Made by a program: the position numbers and the translations under genes | In this document: piece after piece, positions 25,236-37,377 of the stretch | How positions within the stretch are numbered: position 1 is the stretch's first letter | Layout of the letters: every line of letters starts with the position of its first letter | Source: Phoronis australis | Taxonomy: Eukaryota; Animalia; Phoronida | Length of the DNA stretch: 48,796 nucleotides | Assembly: GCA_002633005.1 (NCBI GenBank) | Contig: NMRA01001031.1 | Coordinates: 1 to 48,796, forward strand | Reading direction: 5' to 3' | Notes under the pieces: model-generated | Databases searched by the model: none | What the model saw: the letters and a program-made list of their open reading frames with translations, nothing else | Told to the model about the DNA's origin: nothing

Positions 25236-25306
25236 GCAATCTTTAAGTCAAATTTCCCCTCAGCTCCATTCCGGTAAGTGTTGCGATGTCCGGAAGGCCA
25301 GCAAAC
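25236..25306 (-). CDS. VWA-MIB/HERC2-WWE gene, end of canonical MIB/HERC2 repeat
   Basis: ggcag|...|gtaagt; phase 0 to 2; VCWPSGHRNTYRNGAEGKFDLKI. Confidence 0.9.
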
Positions 25307-26799
25307 CTGCCGAAACATCAAATTCTCATTTATGACGCCAGTTAATTAGTGAATGTTAAGATCCGCTTGATGGACAAGTGGGGACGAATTGGGAGTTGGG
25401 GTTACACGGTCACTAAGCTGACGACGGACTGTTATGTGACCATCTGACATATTTCAATGACGGTATCATGAGTATTCACGAGTGCAAACTATTTGCGAGG
25501 TTACCAAGGTACGCTCAGAGATTATGCGCACGTTATAGACTTGAAGAAAGTATGTTTTAGCCGACTTGCATTAGTTGTAGGTGACGCCAGAATACCGCAA
25601 TTTTGAACAGGATATCGAAATTTTACAAAAATATTCTAACCGAAAAATACCAACTACCTCCGTTCTAGGGTTAGATACCTTTGAAGGCCAGAGAAATTTT
25701 GAGGTGTCGCTTGGAAAATTGAACACGGCAATATCAGTAGACAAAGGTATTCCAAAGAGCAATGACAGTGTATTTAAAGCAAGTTTGCCAAAAATTCAAG
25801 GAGATTACAAAACTTTCTACTAGAGCAACAAGAGTGTACATCTGCAGTAGGCTTAATAACACTTAGATAATTGTGGGTTGTGCCATGAATGACCTTTACG
25901 TGATTGACTTTTAACAGTTACACATGGCCTCAAGTGTATATTAAAACGGGTACCAAGGTCACACCCAAGTGTAAGGTTTTATTTTGAGCTATTTGCAATC
26001 TTTTTGAACGCCGTACTTGCGCCAAAATACCAAATTGCAGCTGAGCAAAGTAGCACAAAATTAAGTCATTTGGAAGAACTTTAGAGATGATATTATCAGC
26101 GATGACGTCTCCACATTCACCAGAAAGACACAATGGAAACATTTGGCCACAGTTTCACCTGCTATTTTTTCCATTGCATGTTACATATAGATTGCTTATT
26201 GATGTTGTTCAGTCAGTGTTTGGAACCAAAAAAAAACTTGCCTCATTTTTCACTGGTGCAGCGAAGGTTTGTTATCCACAAGACAATGACTAAGGAGCAG
26301 CTAATTAGTTCGAAGGTGCACCACTTCTAAGGTGTACTGGTACGAAGGTGCATTATTTCGAAGGTGCACTAGAGTGCGAACGTCTATTAATCAGGTGGAA
26401 CTGAGCAGTAACGCATTACGCAGATGATATATTAGATCTGAAGCGCACTGTGGGGATTTGCCGTCCCAGCGTTGTGTGAAGGCCAACAGTCGAATTTTCG
26501 CAGATGAGAAACGATGTTAGTCGGATGTGCAAACACATCAATTTGACTGAATGCCGTCCTGCGACACTTAGAAATCGAGCATTTATATCAATGAACAAAT
26601 CAAACCTCTTACCCTAACAATTAATTAACACGTAGTCAAGAATTCGTGAAAAACATTGTTTAAGTAATTCCGCCTTTGCATGGTTATCACAATACCAGCA
26701 TTGCTACTTCATCGAAAAACAGTTAAATAGATATTCTTGTGTAAATTTTACAACGTTCCATTACAATTCCTTCTGTAATTGCGCTCTTATATATGCTAC

Positions 26800-27075
26800 C
26801 TTATATTCGTGTTTAATACCATTGTTCTTGTTTCATGTACATGTATCTTACACGGATAGCGTTTATGATTTTAAATTTATTTGCCTTGGATGACTGAAGT
26901 CTAGTCGAAGTGTGTTCATGATGCCACTTACACTCCGCGATCTACTATATCAACAGCCATCTGAAGAAAGACATCTATGTAGACACTACGAAAGTTTGTT
27001 GAACAAACTATCTAAGGCCAAGAACAGCTTACTTTTCAATGAAACATGTATAAAAGAAGGTCTGCTACCTAGATA
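26800..27075 (+). mobile_element. Penelope-like element terminal fragment (pLTR plus ORF start) abutting a (TA)n microsatellite
   Basis: LLYQQPSEERHLCRHYESLLNKLSKAKNSLLFNETCIKEGLLPRY resembles PLE N-termini; degenerate hammerhead-like CTTGGATGAC...GTCGAAG at 26885-26910. Confidence 0.65.
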
Positions 27076-27084
27076 TATATATAC

Positions 27085-27121
<37 letters not shown>
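27073..27121. repeat. (TA)n microsatellite
   Basis: Read directly. Confidence 0.97.
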
Positions 27122-27124
<3 letters not shown>

Positions 27125-27740
27125 TCCAAACACGCACTTCAACTAATTCAACTATTCCCACTAAGCGCTGCGCCACCTGCATGGACAGGCTGATAACAAA
27201 CATGACGTCAGCAAAAGGCTCACAACTTGAGACACATCGGGAACACACATTTCAACTAATTCAACTATTCCCACTACTCGGTACGCCACCTGTGGGCTGG
27301 TAGATAAGGTATATGACGTCATCAACAGGCTCACAATTATAGAGACACCAAACACGCATTTCAACTAATTCAACTGCTCCCACTAATCGCTGCACCCCCT
27401 GCAGGCAAGTCAGTGACTCAGGTCTTTCTTTCTCACCAGTAATACTTCAGATGGCGCTACAATTGGTAGAATTAGTTGAATTAGTTGAATAGATCAGTGC
27501 TGGATAGGTTGATATGACTTGGAATAAGTTGGATTAAAGTAAAATCAACTAATTCAACTATTCCTACTAATCGCTGCTCCACCAGTGGACAGGTAGATAA
27601 CTTACATGACGTCATCCACAGACAGATAATGTTAGAGATACCAATCACGCATTTCAACTAATTCAACTATTCCTACTAATCGCTGCGCCACCTGTTGGGG
27701 CAGTTTGATAACAAACATGATGTCAACAACAAGCTTGCAT
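27125..27740. repeat. Degenerate tandem repeat of about 110 bp (about 5 units plus one inverted partial)
   Basis: TCAACTAATTCAACTATTCC(C/T)ACTA..CGCTGCGCCACCTG-like starts at about 27139, 27252, 27361, 27545 and 27654; inverted partial at about 27450-27490. Confidence 0.85.
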
Positions 27741-27799
27741 CAGCGGTGATGGCAGGATAAGTTGCGATAAGTTGGGATTGGTTGGGTACAACATTCTGA

Positions 27800-28100
27800 C
27801 ATGCATGGGTTTTTGAAGGTCAATCAGTACATTCCCAACAGAATTTCCATGGAAAAGTTTCAGTCGAGAAAGAGACATGGAATCCCAACTGATATTCAAA
27901 AAATAAGTTGGAGTCATAGATTTTTGAAAGATAGGGAGTTTTGGAAATGAATCAGTAATTTCGAGATTTCAGTTTGCTACCCTTCATGAAAATGGGATTA
28001 ACCTTCAGTATTTTTCCACTCCCTAGGTGCTATTAGAGGTAGTCAAAGACATGGTTATGAAATGAGTATGTGGAGTAACTATACCATCGATTAAGTAGAT
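27800..28100 (-). pseudogene. L2/Crack-type LINE RT remnant
   Basis: IVTPHTHFITMSLTT..EWK..KVNPIFMKGSK..NY*FIS..LSKIY and VGNVLIDLQK match the RT N-terminal motifs. Confidence 0.7.
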
Positions 28101-28858
28101 GCATCCAATTTTATGCAACACATCTGTATAAGTGGACAGAGCATACAATTGGCCGGCTGTCTCAAGTTCGTTGCTTTCGCGAAGTACATTGTTCTTTAAG
28201 GTGTGAATGTTAATTACCATTTTAAGGGCCCCGAATGACGCAAGGGTCTAGAAATTTTTTTAAAGGCATTAAGCAGTACCGTAAACATATTTTGATCGAC
28301 ACCGTATGCCTGCTGTCATTAATTTGCTCCTTTTGCAAAATAGCTTTTGACTGGTGAGCTATAGTCGATTTGAATATGCCGTTTTACACGACTCAAAGAT
28401 GACCCAGGAATCTGAGATCAATTTGCAAAGTATAAGACGGTGCCTTGGAAACATTTTACTGTACGCGTCTTTTTGCCGTGTTTAGCCTACTTACAGCGCA
28501 AAACACGGTTCAATAAAACTCGTTTCGATTCTTTCGCTAGATATTGAACCTGACAAAAAAATCATCGCGATACAAAGGAGGTGTTGTTATGCTTCATATA
28601 AAAATTGCATAACATTTATCAGATTACAATTTCTAAATAAATGTAAGATATTTACACATGTAAAAAATAACACAAGTCTATGAATACATAAAATGAGCAC
28701 TTTAACAATAGGAATGAACGTTGTGTTTTGTTTGGGATTGGGAGAATATTCAATTTACAGAGCTACGGTTGATTTAAGTCCAACTGATGTGTTGCCTAAG
28801 TTAATTTTATGTACATGACGGCATTTGAATGCTACTGTACCGTTCTACTGTTGCTTAC

Positions 28859-28944
28859 TTTAACAATGCCAGTATCTTCGACTCCGAAGACAACACCTAT
28901 ATTTCCTGGTCCGCCGTCTTGGTCACCCCACTTCCAGTCTTTAC
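28859..28944 (-). CDS. VWA-MIB/HERC2-WWE gene, core of canonical MIB/HERC2 repeat
   Basis: ctctag|...|gtaagc; phase 1 to 0; (G)KDWKWGDQDGGPGNIGVVFGVEDTGIVK is the hallmark MIB/HERC2 motif. Confidence 0.93.
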
Positions 28945-29712
28945 CTAGAGTAGAAGCATAAAAGTTGATGGAATACACCACTCGCACATCAAATTTTTTT
29001 CTCTTCAAATTTCGAAGAAATTGAGAAAACGAGCACTTCATATATGTATGCATTTACCAGTTTTGTCGTACAATGAATGAGACAGCACAATTTAAAGAAC
29101 CACAAGAGACCAATGACTGATTTGAGGATTGCGTGGTTCACCGTTTCAGTTTGACATGCTCTAACATCAAAACAAGAGCCTTAAATGATATCACTGCCGA
29201 GAAAAGTTAGTACCAGAGATGAGCCTCAGCGCAGAATTAAATCGAATCCCTTTGGCACAGTCTAACGCTGTGGTGGCAGAGCTAGGCTCCACTCTTTAAC
29301 TGGCAGAGTATTTTACTGATATTTAACCGGTAACCAGACTTGTTTTTAGCGAATATCTCTACAAAACGACGAGATATACCGAAGTAACATCACAGAAACA
29401 TAAATAAGACTTTTGTTTTACAGTTCTGGTCAAAGTTAATAACTCCACCCATTATCCCCTAACATGCGTTTTTGGGCTGAAAAACCGTTAATGTCCCTTT
29501 AAAAGAGGAGACTTCAGGGCAGTATTCAATGGATTACATTAGCATATAAGAGTAGGTTGAGGATTCTAATATGAAATGGTAGGTGCAAGTGCGAGATTGA
29601 AAAACAGCTAACACTGGTGCCTACATGTTCATATCAAAGAATTCATGTAACTTATGAATAGTAGTAATATGTTTATGTTATGCATAATGAAACGAAAGAC
29701 ATTTTTGTTGAT

Positions 29713-30635
29713 CCCCGTAAATCCCAATAGAACCCTTCGTACTTCGTATTATTGGGGACAAATAAAACAAAACGAATAATATATACTTTAAGTTGTATTG
29801 GGAATGTTAGGGTCACAGTTCTACAAATAAATATTTCACAGAAGGAACCAAATGGGTTCCTTAATTACAAGAGATAACACACACATTTCCGATACCCAAA
29901 GTGTAATTGAGTATCTGATACTAAGTGGCACATGTTAGCATAGTACCAAATGGGTACATAACACCAAATGGGTATTGGCCGATTGCCTACCAACTGGGTC
30001 GAGCAAAACGGCAAATTCAATAACAAGTACCAAGTGGGTACAAACTGCCAAATGGGCAAATATCATATAAAGAACCAAGTGGGTACTCCAAACAGCCAAT
30101 GGGCTATAACAACCTGCAAAGCAGGCTCCGGAAAACCAGGGTAACGGCCCCACGCGGGTTGTGGCGGTGGACAGGATTGTTCATCCATGAACAACCCTGC
30201 CCATGTGGCACATACTGAGCCAAAACACCACGTTCCTTACAATATCTCTTTTTATCACTCCGGCTGGTCTGCTCACTCAGCTTGTCCGGAACCTGTTATA
30301 GCCCACTTCGCTGTTTGGTGTACCCACTTTATATGATATTTGCCCATTTGGCAGTTTGTACCCAGTTGCTCGACCCAGTTGGTATGCAATCGGCCAATAC
30401 CCATTTGTTATTATGTACCCATTTGGTGCTATGCAAACCTGTGCCACTTAGTATCCGATACTCAATTACACTTTGGGTATCGGAAATGTGTGTGTAATCT
30501 CTTGTAATTAAGGAACCCATCTGGTTCCTTCTGTAAAATATTTATTTGTAGAGCTGTGAGCCTGAAATTCCCAATACAACTTAAAATATATATTATTCTT
30601 GTTGTTCTATTTGTCCCCAATAGTGAGATTTATGG
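29713..30635. mobile_element. Foldback-type element with inverted arms of about 370 bp
   Basis: 29750-30115 is the reverse complement of about 30293-30622; internal subrepeats ACCAA(A/G)TGGGTA; central hairpin CAGGATTGTTCAT-CC-ATGAACAACCCTG. Confidence 0.85.
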
Positions 30636-30904
30636 CACTCTGACATAAATCCTATCATTTGAGCAAATACCATTATACAGCCCTTCATGCTTTATATCCA
30701 ACTCCTAGTTAGTTCCTACCAAGTCCGATGGTAGCTCTGTTTGTTCTTTCTCCCAAGCTTCCTGCTGGCCCAGCCTCAAGCAACAGTGCATTCACTCGTA
30801 AGTTTTCCTAATTAGACAATTTTATACCTCTCCAAACCTCCCTACCCTGGGTACCACAAAATCTCAAGTCCACCGATTTATACTTTTCCCACGCTCCCTC
30901 CTTT

Positions 30905-31685
30905 TTGTCGAAAAAAATTATAGCGACGCCCCAATTTATCACCCGGTTATTATCGACCGCCTGCAACAGTTTAAACAGTTAGGCGTATCGAAAGGCTGGG
31001 GCTAAAACATACTTCAATACAATAGAAGTGGGTGCTAGGTGACGTAGAAAGCACCAGACCCGTTGGAAAATAAAAAATGTAGACCTGTTTGTCAAATTTC
31101 AAGAATGCCTGTCAAGATGTAGAAACAGTAAATAACGAAAATGGCCACAATCTGCTCAGGAACTCAAGATGAACAGGTTAACGTTGAAAAACTACATTTG
31201 ACACTAAGGGGGCAAAACGGTAGTCGGATTCATCCAAAAGTCATCACCAGTTGTTAAATTCACTGGGATCACTTCCAAATTTCACAAAGATCCTTCAAAG
31301 GGTTGACGAAGTAAAACCATGAACTCACGAAACTGCCACTAGGAGAACCACAGTAGCTGAAAATTAACTTCAGTCGCAGTGTTCTCAGCAAGAGAATATC
31401 TGCCAATTAAATAAGAATGGGACATAGGCTTCTTGATACAGACCTTTTTGCCAAATTTCAAGGAAATTTATCAGGAAATTTCAAAGACACAGAGGTACAC
31501 GTAAAAAAGTAAAATTGCCAGTAGGTGACAGAGTGGGGTCGGGTCTGTCCGAAAGTTGCCGTCCTCTGTCGTCAGATTCTTAGAAGCACATCTGTCAAAT
31601 CTCATTAAGACTATATACGGGGTTTAGGTGGTGCAGCAACGAAGAGCGGACGGCTGACGTATGTGTATGTAGAAATATCTTGTAC
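30905..31685. mobile_element. Probable HINE-like interspersed repeat with degenerate internal repeats
   Basis: Recurrent CCAAATTTCA and CCACTAGG/CCAGTAGGTG motifs at about 150-bp spacing; termini AAAAAAATTATAGCG...ATATCTTGT. Confidence 0.4.
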
Positions 31686-31784
31686 AGGGAGATGTTGAAA
31701 TTCAAGCTGGTGGGTCTGTGTATTTGAGGAATTGTAGCAATTAGGAACCCATTCATCAAATTTGCTCTTTTCTGAATTTTATAC

Positions 31785-31934
31785 CTCTTTCAACCGTGAC
31801 TCCAACTTTCATCTTAATGTCTCCAGGCTCCAAAGATCTTGGCTCATCATTTTTCATTACCTCGTACTGATCATTATTTCCAAAGTCATATCGGTGCTGT
31901 TGGCCTGTGTTGTCCCATTCAACAGTGAGCGTTC
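31785..31934 (-). CDS. VWA-MIB/HERC2-WWE gene, end of degenerate repeat 1 and start of repeat 2
   Basis: ttgtag|...|gtataa; 150 bp, phase 1 to 1; (G)TLTVEWDNTGQQHRYDFGNNDQYEVMKNDEPRSLEPGDIKMKVGVTVER. Confidence 0.9.
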
Positions 31935-33834
31935 CTACAAAGCATGCAAAGTACCAATAACAGCTCGCCATTCAGACAAATTACTACATGCAAAAGTACT
32001 CTGATGTACAGCCCCAAATTGCCACGACGGCAGAACTTTCCGAAACTGTGACCCTTTGGATCAGTACTCGCGGCGGTAATTGATATAGCTTCTTTCTTAA
32101 ACTGTCTTAACAGTTTCTGCGTCTTAAAATTAGGTCTGATGATGCCGCCAGAATTATCACAACGAAACAAATTGTATCCAGCTGCAGTTGTGGGTTGTTT
32201 CACAGAAAAGGGATTCATGTACGTTCCTCACAGCAAGCTGAAAACACTTCCTGTATTGGGCACAACTCAGGTGTAAAACAAGGGCTACACGATTGGGGGT
32301 TCAGTGTCCGGTTGCACGAAACAGTTCCACATTTGTTTCGTTCCTTGGTACATATGTAATATATGTTCTGAGATTTTATCTCAGTTATGAGCTCTGACTT
32401 CTTTGGCTATCATTTTATCTTAATTATGAGCTCTGACTTCTTTGACTAATGCAATTTTCTAATAATATAACTAAAATCTGAGCCCTTCATTCAGTCGAAA
32501 CAATTAGGGACTTAGTCATTAAATTGGGGGCGTTGCATGAAAAGATCCATAAATATTTTCAGTTATATTAAGAATTCAACGTAGAGTTCACTAGCGATTT
32601 CCATCAAAGCCAAAAATTGACTTTGTAATGAGACTGTAACAGCTTAAGAAAGGACAATCAGTGTTTTCACAAGCCCAAAGACACATTGTAGATTTAAGGA
32701 ACTTAGTTGAGTTTCCATTTGGGACTGTTTCGTGCGACTGGGCACAGGAAGTGTAAACCCCAAATGAATGACCTGGTCGGTTAAACCCTGTTGATTTGGC
32801 ACCAGGCCCCCAAAACCTCATGTAAATACATGTATAGACCATTAGAGCCTAGTTACAGCACAGATACTTGTTAAAGTCTATGGTTACAGGGCATTTCCGA
32901 ATAGGTGCAATACCGCTTTGATTCGTGAATCGGTGTATAGTAAATGATGTAGTAGTCAAAACAGGGTTTTTAATAAAAAATACAGTCGCGGAGCTGGTCA
33001 TTTGAAAACGAACATGCAAAAGACGAAAAATTCTAAAACAGCTAGACACTCGACCATCAAACCATTCCACAAATAGAATGGGTGACGTATATGTAAATTA
33101 TTTCCTGACAGCGATCTCCGACTCATGCAACTGGTGGGAGGGGAACTGAAATGCTTGAAGTTGTTGCGTAAACAAACGAAACGTCAAGTGTAGAGTTCGA
33201 TTTCTCTCTCCTTGTGTCCATTCGCCCAATACATGTTATTCGATTTTGCTCATTACTGTTGTTTTTAACTACCCAGATAAGGCAAGGTAATTGTGGTTAA
33301 ACTGTTTCTAAACAAATAATTAAGGTACTGCATTAAAATCAATACATAATGAATTATAACGCAAACCTACTTTATTAAATTGTGTTATCAAAGGATACCC
33401 TTTCAAGAATACATGTACATCATATTTTCAAAATAAGAGATCACAATGTACATATTTTCGTTATTCTTCATTTGATGAGATTATTTTCCACACCACAGGA
33501 AACGCTGCAAAACCGCTTAGACATAAGTCATGCATACAATCGCATTTTTATTCTTTGTCTTTTCATGATCATATTTAAGAACAAAACTTTTGTATCTTAG
33601 GATAAAATGATAAACTGTTCTAACGGTAGTTTTTGTTGTCTATCTGACATGTATTTCTTATAGTGGTACCCGTGGTAGGTGTTTATCCTGCATCTACTGC
33701 GGGTACCAGAAATGGGTTTCTTGGTTTGCGATTGGCTAATGTAGTTGTTTACAGTTCCTTCTACTGCTCAGCATAAATAACAGTTTAAGCCATAAAAACT
33801 TTTTTACTGAAACTGTGCAAGTTACAAAGTGGGA

Positions 33835-33966
33835 ACTTTTTCGGTAAAATAAATTGCTTAGTTAAAGTGTTCACGAAAACTTTTTCAGTAAAATAAATTG
33901 CTTGGTTAAAGTATTCACGAAACCTTTTTCAGTAAAATAAATTGCTTGGTTAAAGTATTCACGAAA
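33835..33966. repeat. 3 x 44-bp minisatellite
   Basis: ACTTTTTC(A/G)GTAAAATAAATTGCTT(A/G)GTTAAAGT(A/G)TTCACGAAA repeated three times. Confidence 0.95.
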
Positions 33967-34007
33967 TGTTCTACAGCTCAGGCCCACTGACTAGTAGAGT
34001 AGTTTAA

Positions 34008-35988
34008 AGGAGAATGACATCCGATTTAATTAGTCTTTTTTACCGTCTTAATCGGTCTATAACCACATCTCCTCATACACGGTCGATCTTAGCTCCCCAA
34101 GAGGTGTCGCGATAACCTGCGAGGAATGTGAGAAACGACGCAGCGACCTCAGTGGTTCTTCTGCAGAGTGAGTGCCACTACAGTGTGGTGCATCGTTCCT
34201 GCTTAGTGTGCGAACTATGAAGCTGCGAGGAAAGTGGGTATATCGTTTTTCGATTTTCCCGTGAGCCCGTAATGCTTCGGAAGTGGCTCGCGGCAGTGAA
34301 GAATGAAATGAAAAGTATGCCGTTAATACCAGCTCCGTGCCCATGCCCCACATTTAGTTGACAGTGATTTCACTGACGAATGCCGGCATACCACACAGCT
34401 CATGCCAGGGCAGAAAAAGAGACTGAGGCTGAAGTCAGATGTTGTAGCTAGTGTGTTTGCGTTCGACAAGCAATAGACAAAGAAATGCGGATCAGTTGTT
34501 GATCAGTTTTTGATTATGGAGAATTGCAGTTGGCCATGGGAACATAAACAATTACAATTAATTCAAGGCAGCCCTAAAAACGTCATAAGCACACCTCTAT
34601 TTAGATGCAGTGCAAAATCAGGATGGTCCGTGAGACACATCTGCGCTTCTCAAAGAAGGCGTTTCGCTTGCAGAATTCCGTGGTAGCAAACGCAAGTGTC
34701 AGTCGTTTCCATTATCGAGCAGTTAATGCACTGACACCATGGCAAGTCATCCAAACGGTTTTCGGAACTATCCATATGTTCCGTTGTCCGTGTATTCCGG
34801 TTCGAACTGATATGCCTGTGAAACCTAGCGATCGACCTGTGACGTCTTCGTCACATGAGCACTCGTCTACAGAAAGTCGGGATTGCGAATTCCCAATGTT
34901 GACGTTCCTTATTGTGCGTTCTGTTTCAAAATGAGTTATTCTCAATCCAACCAATTCTTATATAAAACTGAAACAAAGTATGTGTCATTAGATACGATTT
35001 GTAATGCATTGGGAGTGTTTATGAGCGTAAATGTTCTGAGAAGCCAGTAATGAATAAATCACTGCGATGCCGGCTTTAGATGCAATAAAGCTAATTGACC
35101 GGGTACCGAGGCCATGTGAGCGCATGCTAATTCAGTGTTTGCAGACAAAAAGCTGTTGTGACACAATAACTCGACTTTATATCCTATGGTCAGATGTTAG
35201 GGGAATCTTTATTTAGATATACATATACATTATTAGAATCATTGTTACTGTACAACGTTTGCCCAGATGGTTCTGTGGAAGGGGAACCTAGCTGACTTCG
35301 CGGTCCCCGGCGAGTAAGTAGATTTGCAGTTTCGCGTTTTAATTCACCAAAACAATCTCGTGCACATTATTTCTTTGGCTCCCTAGTATAGTCTTTTCGT
35401 GACTGGAAGTTCAGTTTACAACTTTGGCTGGTTTATGTTCGTGACGTCTTCAGTCCGGCCGCGACGGGCCTGATCGGATTCCGAGCAACTGGTCGGGATA
35501 ACAAGCGTTTTGTGTGTTTAGAACAGAAGAAAATTGCAAGTCTAAAATTACAACACACGGCTATGTTCTCCTGTCTGTATTTCACGGAAGAATAATTCAA
35601 ATTTATCACCAAGCAGACCCCATACTCCCGCAAGCGACGTTGGTAAATTGGCCTACCGAACTTAATAGGCTAGGGAACGTTCAAAAACCTATAAATCCGT
35701 AGCAGCAAAATAAAACAACAGGCTTGTTCAAGAGCTCGATGTATTTTTAAGGGTTTTACATCGAATTTTGATGACTCATTGGTGTAAAGCGATGAATTCA
35801 ACTGATAAGGTGACACCATTAAGCGTGTTGTGAACTGCTGAACAGACTGCTTTCGAACCTGTGACGTCATTGGTTAATATCAACACCTCCGTCAGCCGTC
35901 AGGTGATTGAACTGTACTTGCTGTTATCTAGTGAAACTATTGGTTCTAAATTGATACAAAATAGGTTGTTTTGGGGTGGCATTCTCCT
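34008..35988 (+). mobile_element. Kolobok non-autonomous DNA transposon, family A copy 2
   Basis: TTAA TSD; TIR AGGAGAATG...CATTCTCCT; THAP remnant at about 34170-34470 (GISFFDFP, RKWLAAVKN, RLKSDVVASVF). Confidence 0.9.
34570..34895 (-). pseudogene. KolX remnant (similar to the P2X7 C-terminal Cys-rich domain)
   Basis: NRLDDLPWCQCINCSIMETTDTCVCYHG...CLTDHPDFALHLNRGVL. Confidence 0.75.
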
Positions 35989-36846
35989 TTAAGTATAATT
36001 TGATGATAAAGTTAACGACCTGGATTTTAGCAAATGTCTGGCAGACAACGCAAGACTTGTATATTTCTATTAAAATTACAAAACAATGAGTTTTGATTTT
36101 TATAGTCCTGGTCAAAGTTAACAACTTCAATAAGTGTATATCATCGAACAATTATCCCTAAATTGTTTGGCCGTGTAACCGACACTGTCCCTTCAAAAAT
36201 CATTTTAATACGTGAGTCTTCAGAGTGTAAATTTTCTAGGAAGGAAATGATTGTCAAACTCTTCTTCAATAAAGTCTAGGGAAAACTGAGGCAATTTATC
36301 GCCTTAACTGAAAATAGCACAGTTCAAGTTCTAAAATTGCCCAGTTTAGTTGTTGGTGAACAAGGTATCCGTTTTCACATCCTATACTTTCGAATTTTTA
36401 TAATGTAAGACAGCTTCTTTGTGAAAAGTGGCGCCACTGTAGCTAGAATAGTTCACAACTTGTATTATTTCACCACAAACTAATTGTAAGATTTATAGGT
36501 CGTGCTCATGTTGAGAAAGTTTATTTTCTGTCCCCTACGAATACCCGACATGGATCATTAGACATCTTGGACCAGTACACACATCAGCTCTTGATGACAA
36601 ATGGACTTTTCTACACGTAGGAACATGATGAAATGTGACATTACATATTCGTTCCTTAATCACAACAGGATAACACGTACTTGGATCTTATGGTACACAA
36701 ACGTGTACACACAAACATGTGGAACTTTATATGACGAAGGGGAAAGGGCGACCGAAGTGAACGGACGTTCGTGACATTCCTAAAACTGAATGCTGGTACT
36801 TCTGGACATGGTGTGAGGGGGCAATCTGGGAGTGCATGATGCTTAC

Positions 36847-37039
36847 CGTTGCTGTGATGTTTCACAACCGTTCCTGTTCCTGAATGTTTTGGGTTTTTGT
36901 CGTCTTCTCCAATGTAGAACACTCGGCTTCCGAGTGGCATGTTGACCGTCATCTCTGTTTCATTTGATTCATAGGCTGCTTCGTCGGAGGTCTCTCCTGT
37001 GCCGGAGGCAATGTCCATCACCATTTTGTAACATTCCTC
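36847..37039 (-). CDS. VWA-MIB/HERC2-WWE gene, linker and start of degenerate MIB/HERC2-like repeat
   Basis: ttcatag|...|gtaagc; 193 bp, phase 0 to 1; EECYKMVMDI...MPLGSRVFYIG...GTGTVVKHHSN(G). Confidence 0.85.
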
Positions 37040-37377
37040 CTATGAACAAGAATGTTGGATTTATAAGTTGCATTCAGATGTTCTATTTCTGTTTCATTAC
37101 ACACGTTTAGTTTTAATAATGCGTAGCAGTGCCGTGTACCCTAACAGCTTTTGAGTCTATCACAGGCATAAGTAAGTTTGTGTTGCACAACCTTCGTTGC
37201 TAAAGATCCATTCTTCAGTATTGCCAATCTATGACAACATGTATTTTTCGAGCTTTAGAAAACCACAATAGAGTATTGTTAGTGTGTAAAATATCGGGAA
37301 GCTCGTTTTCGCACGAAAGAGGTTGCTTAAACCGTAACTTCGGTTATCAAAATGAAATCTTTCTACACTCATCGAAA

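Noticed and set aside
29100-29502. Kolobok-like MITE ending GTCCCT|TTAA
   Set aside because: Only one end recognisable; no matching left TIR.
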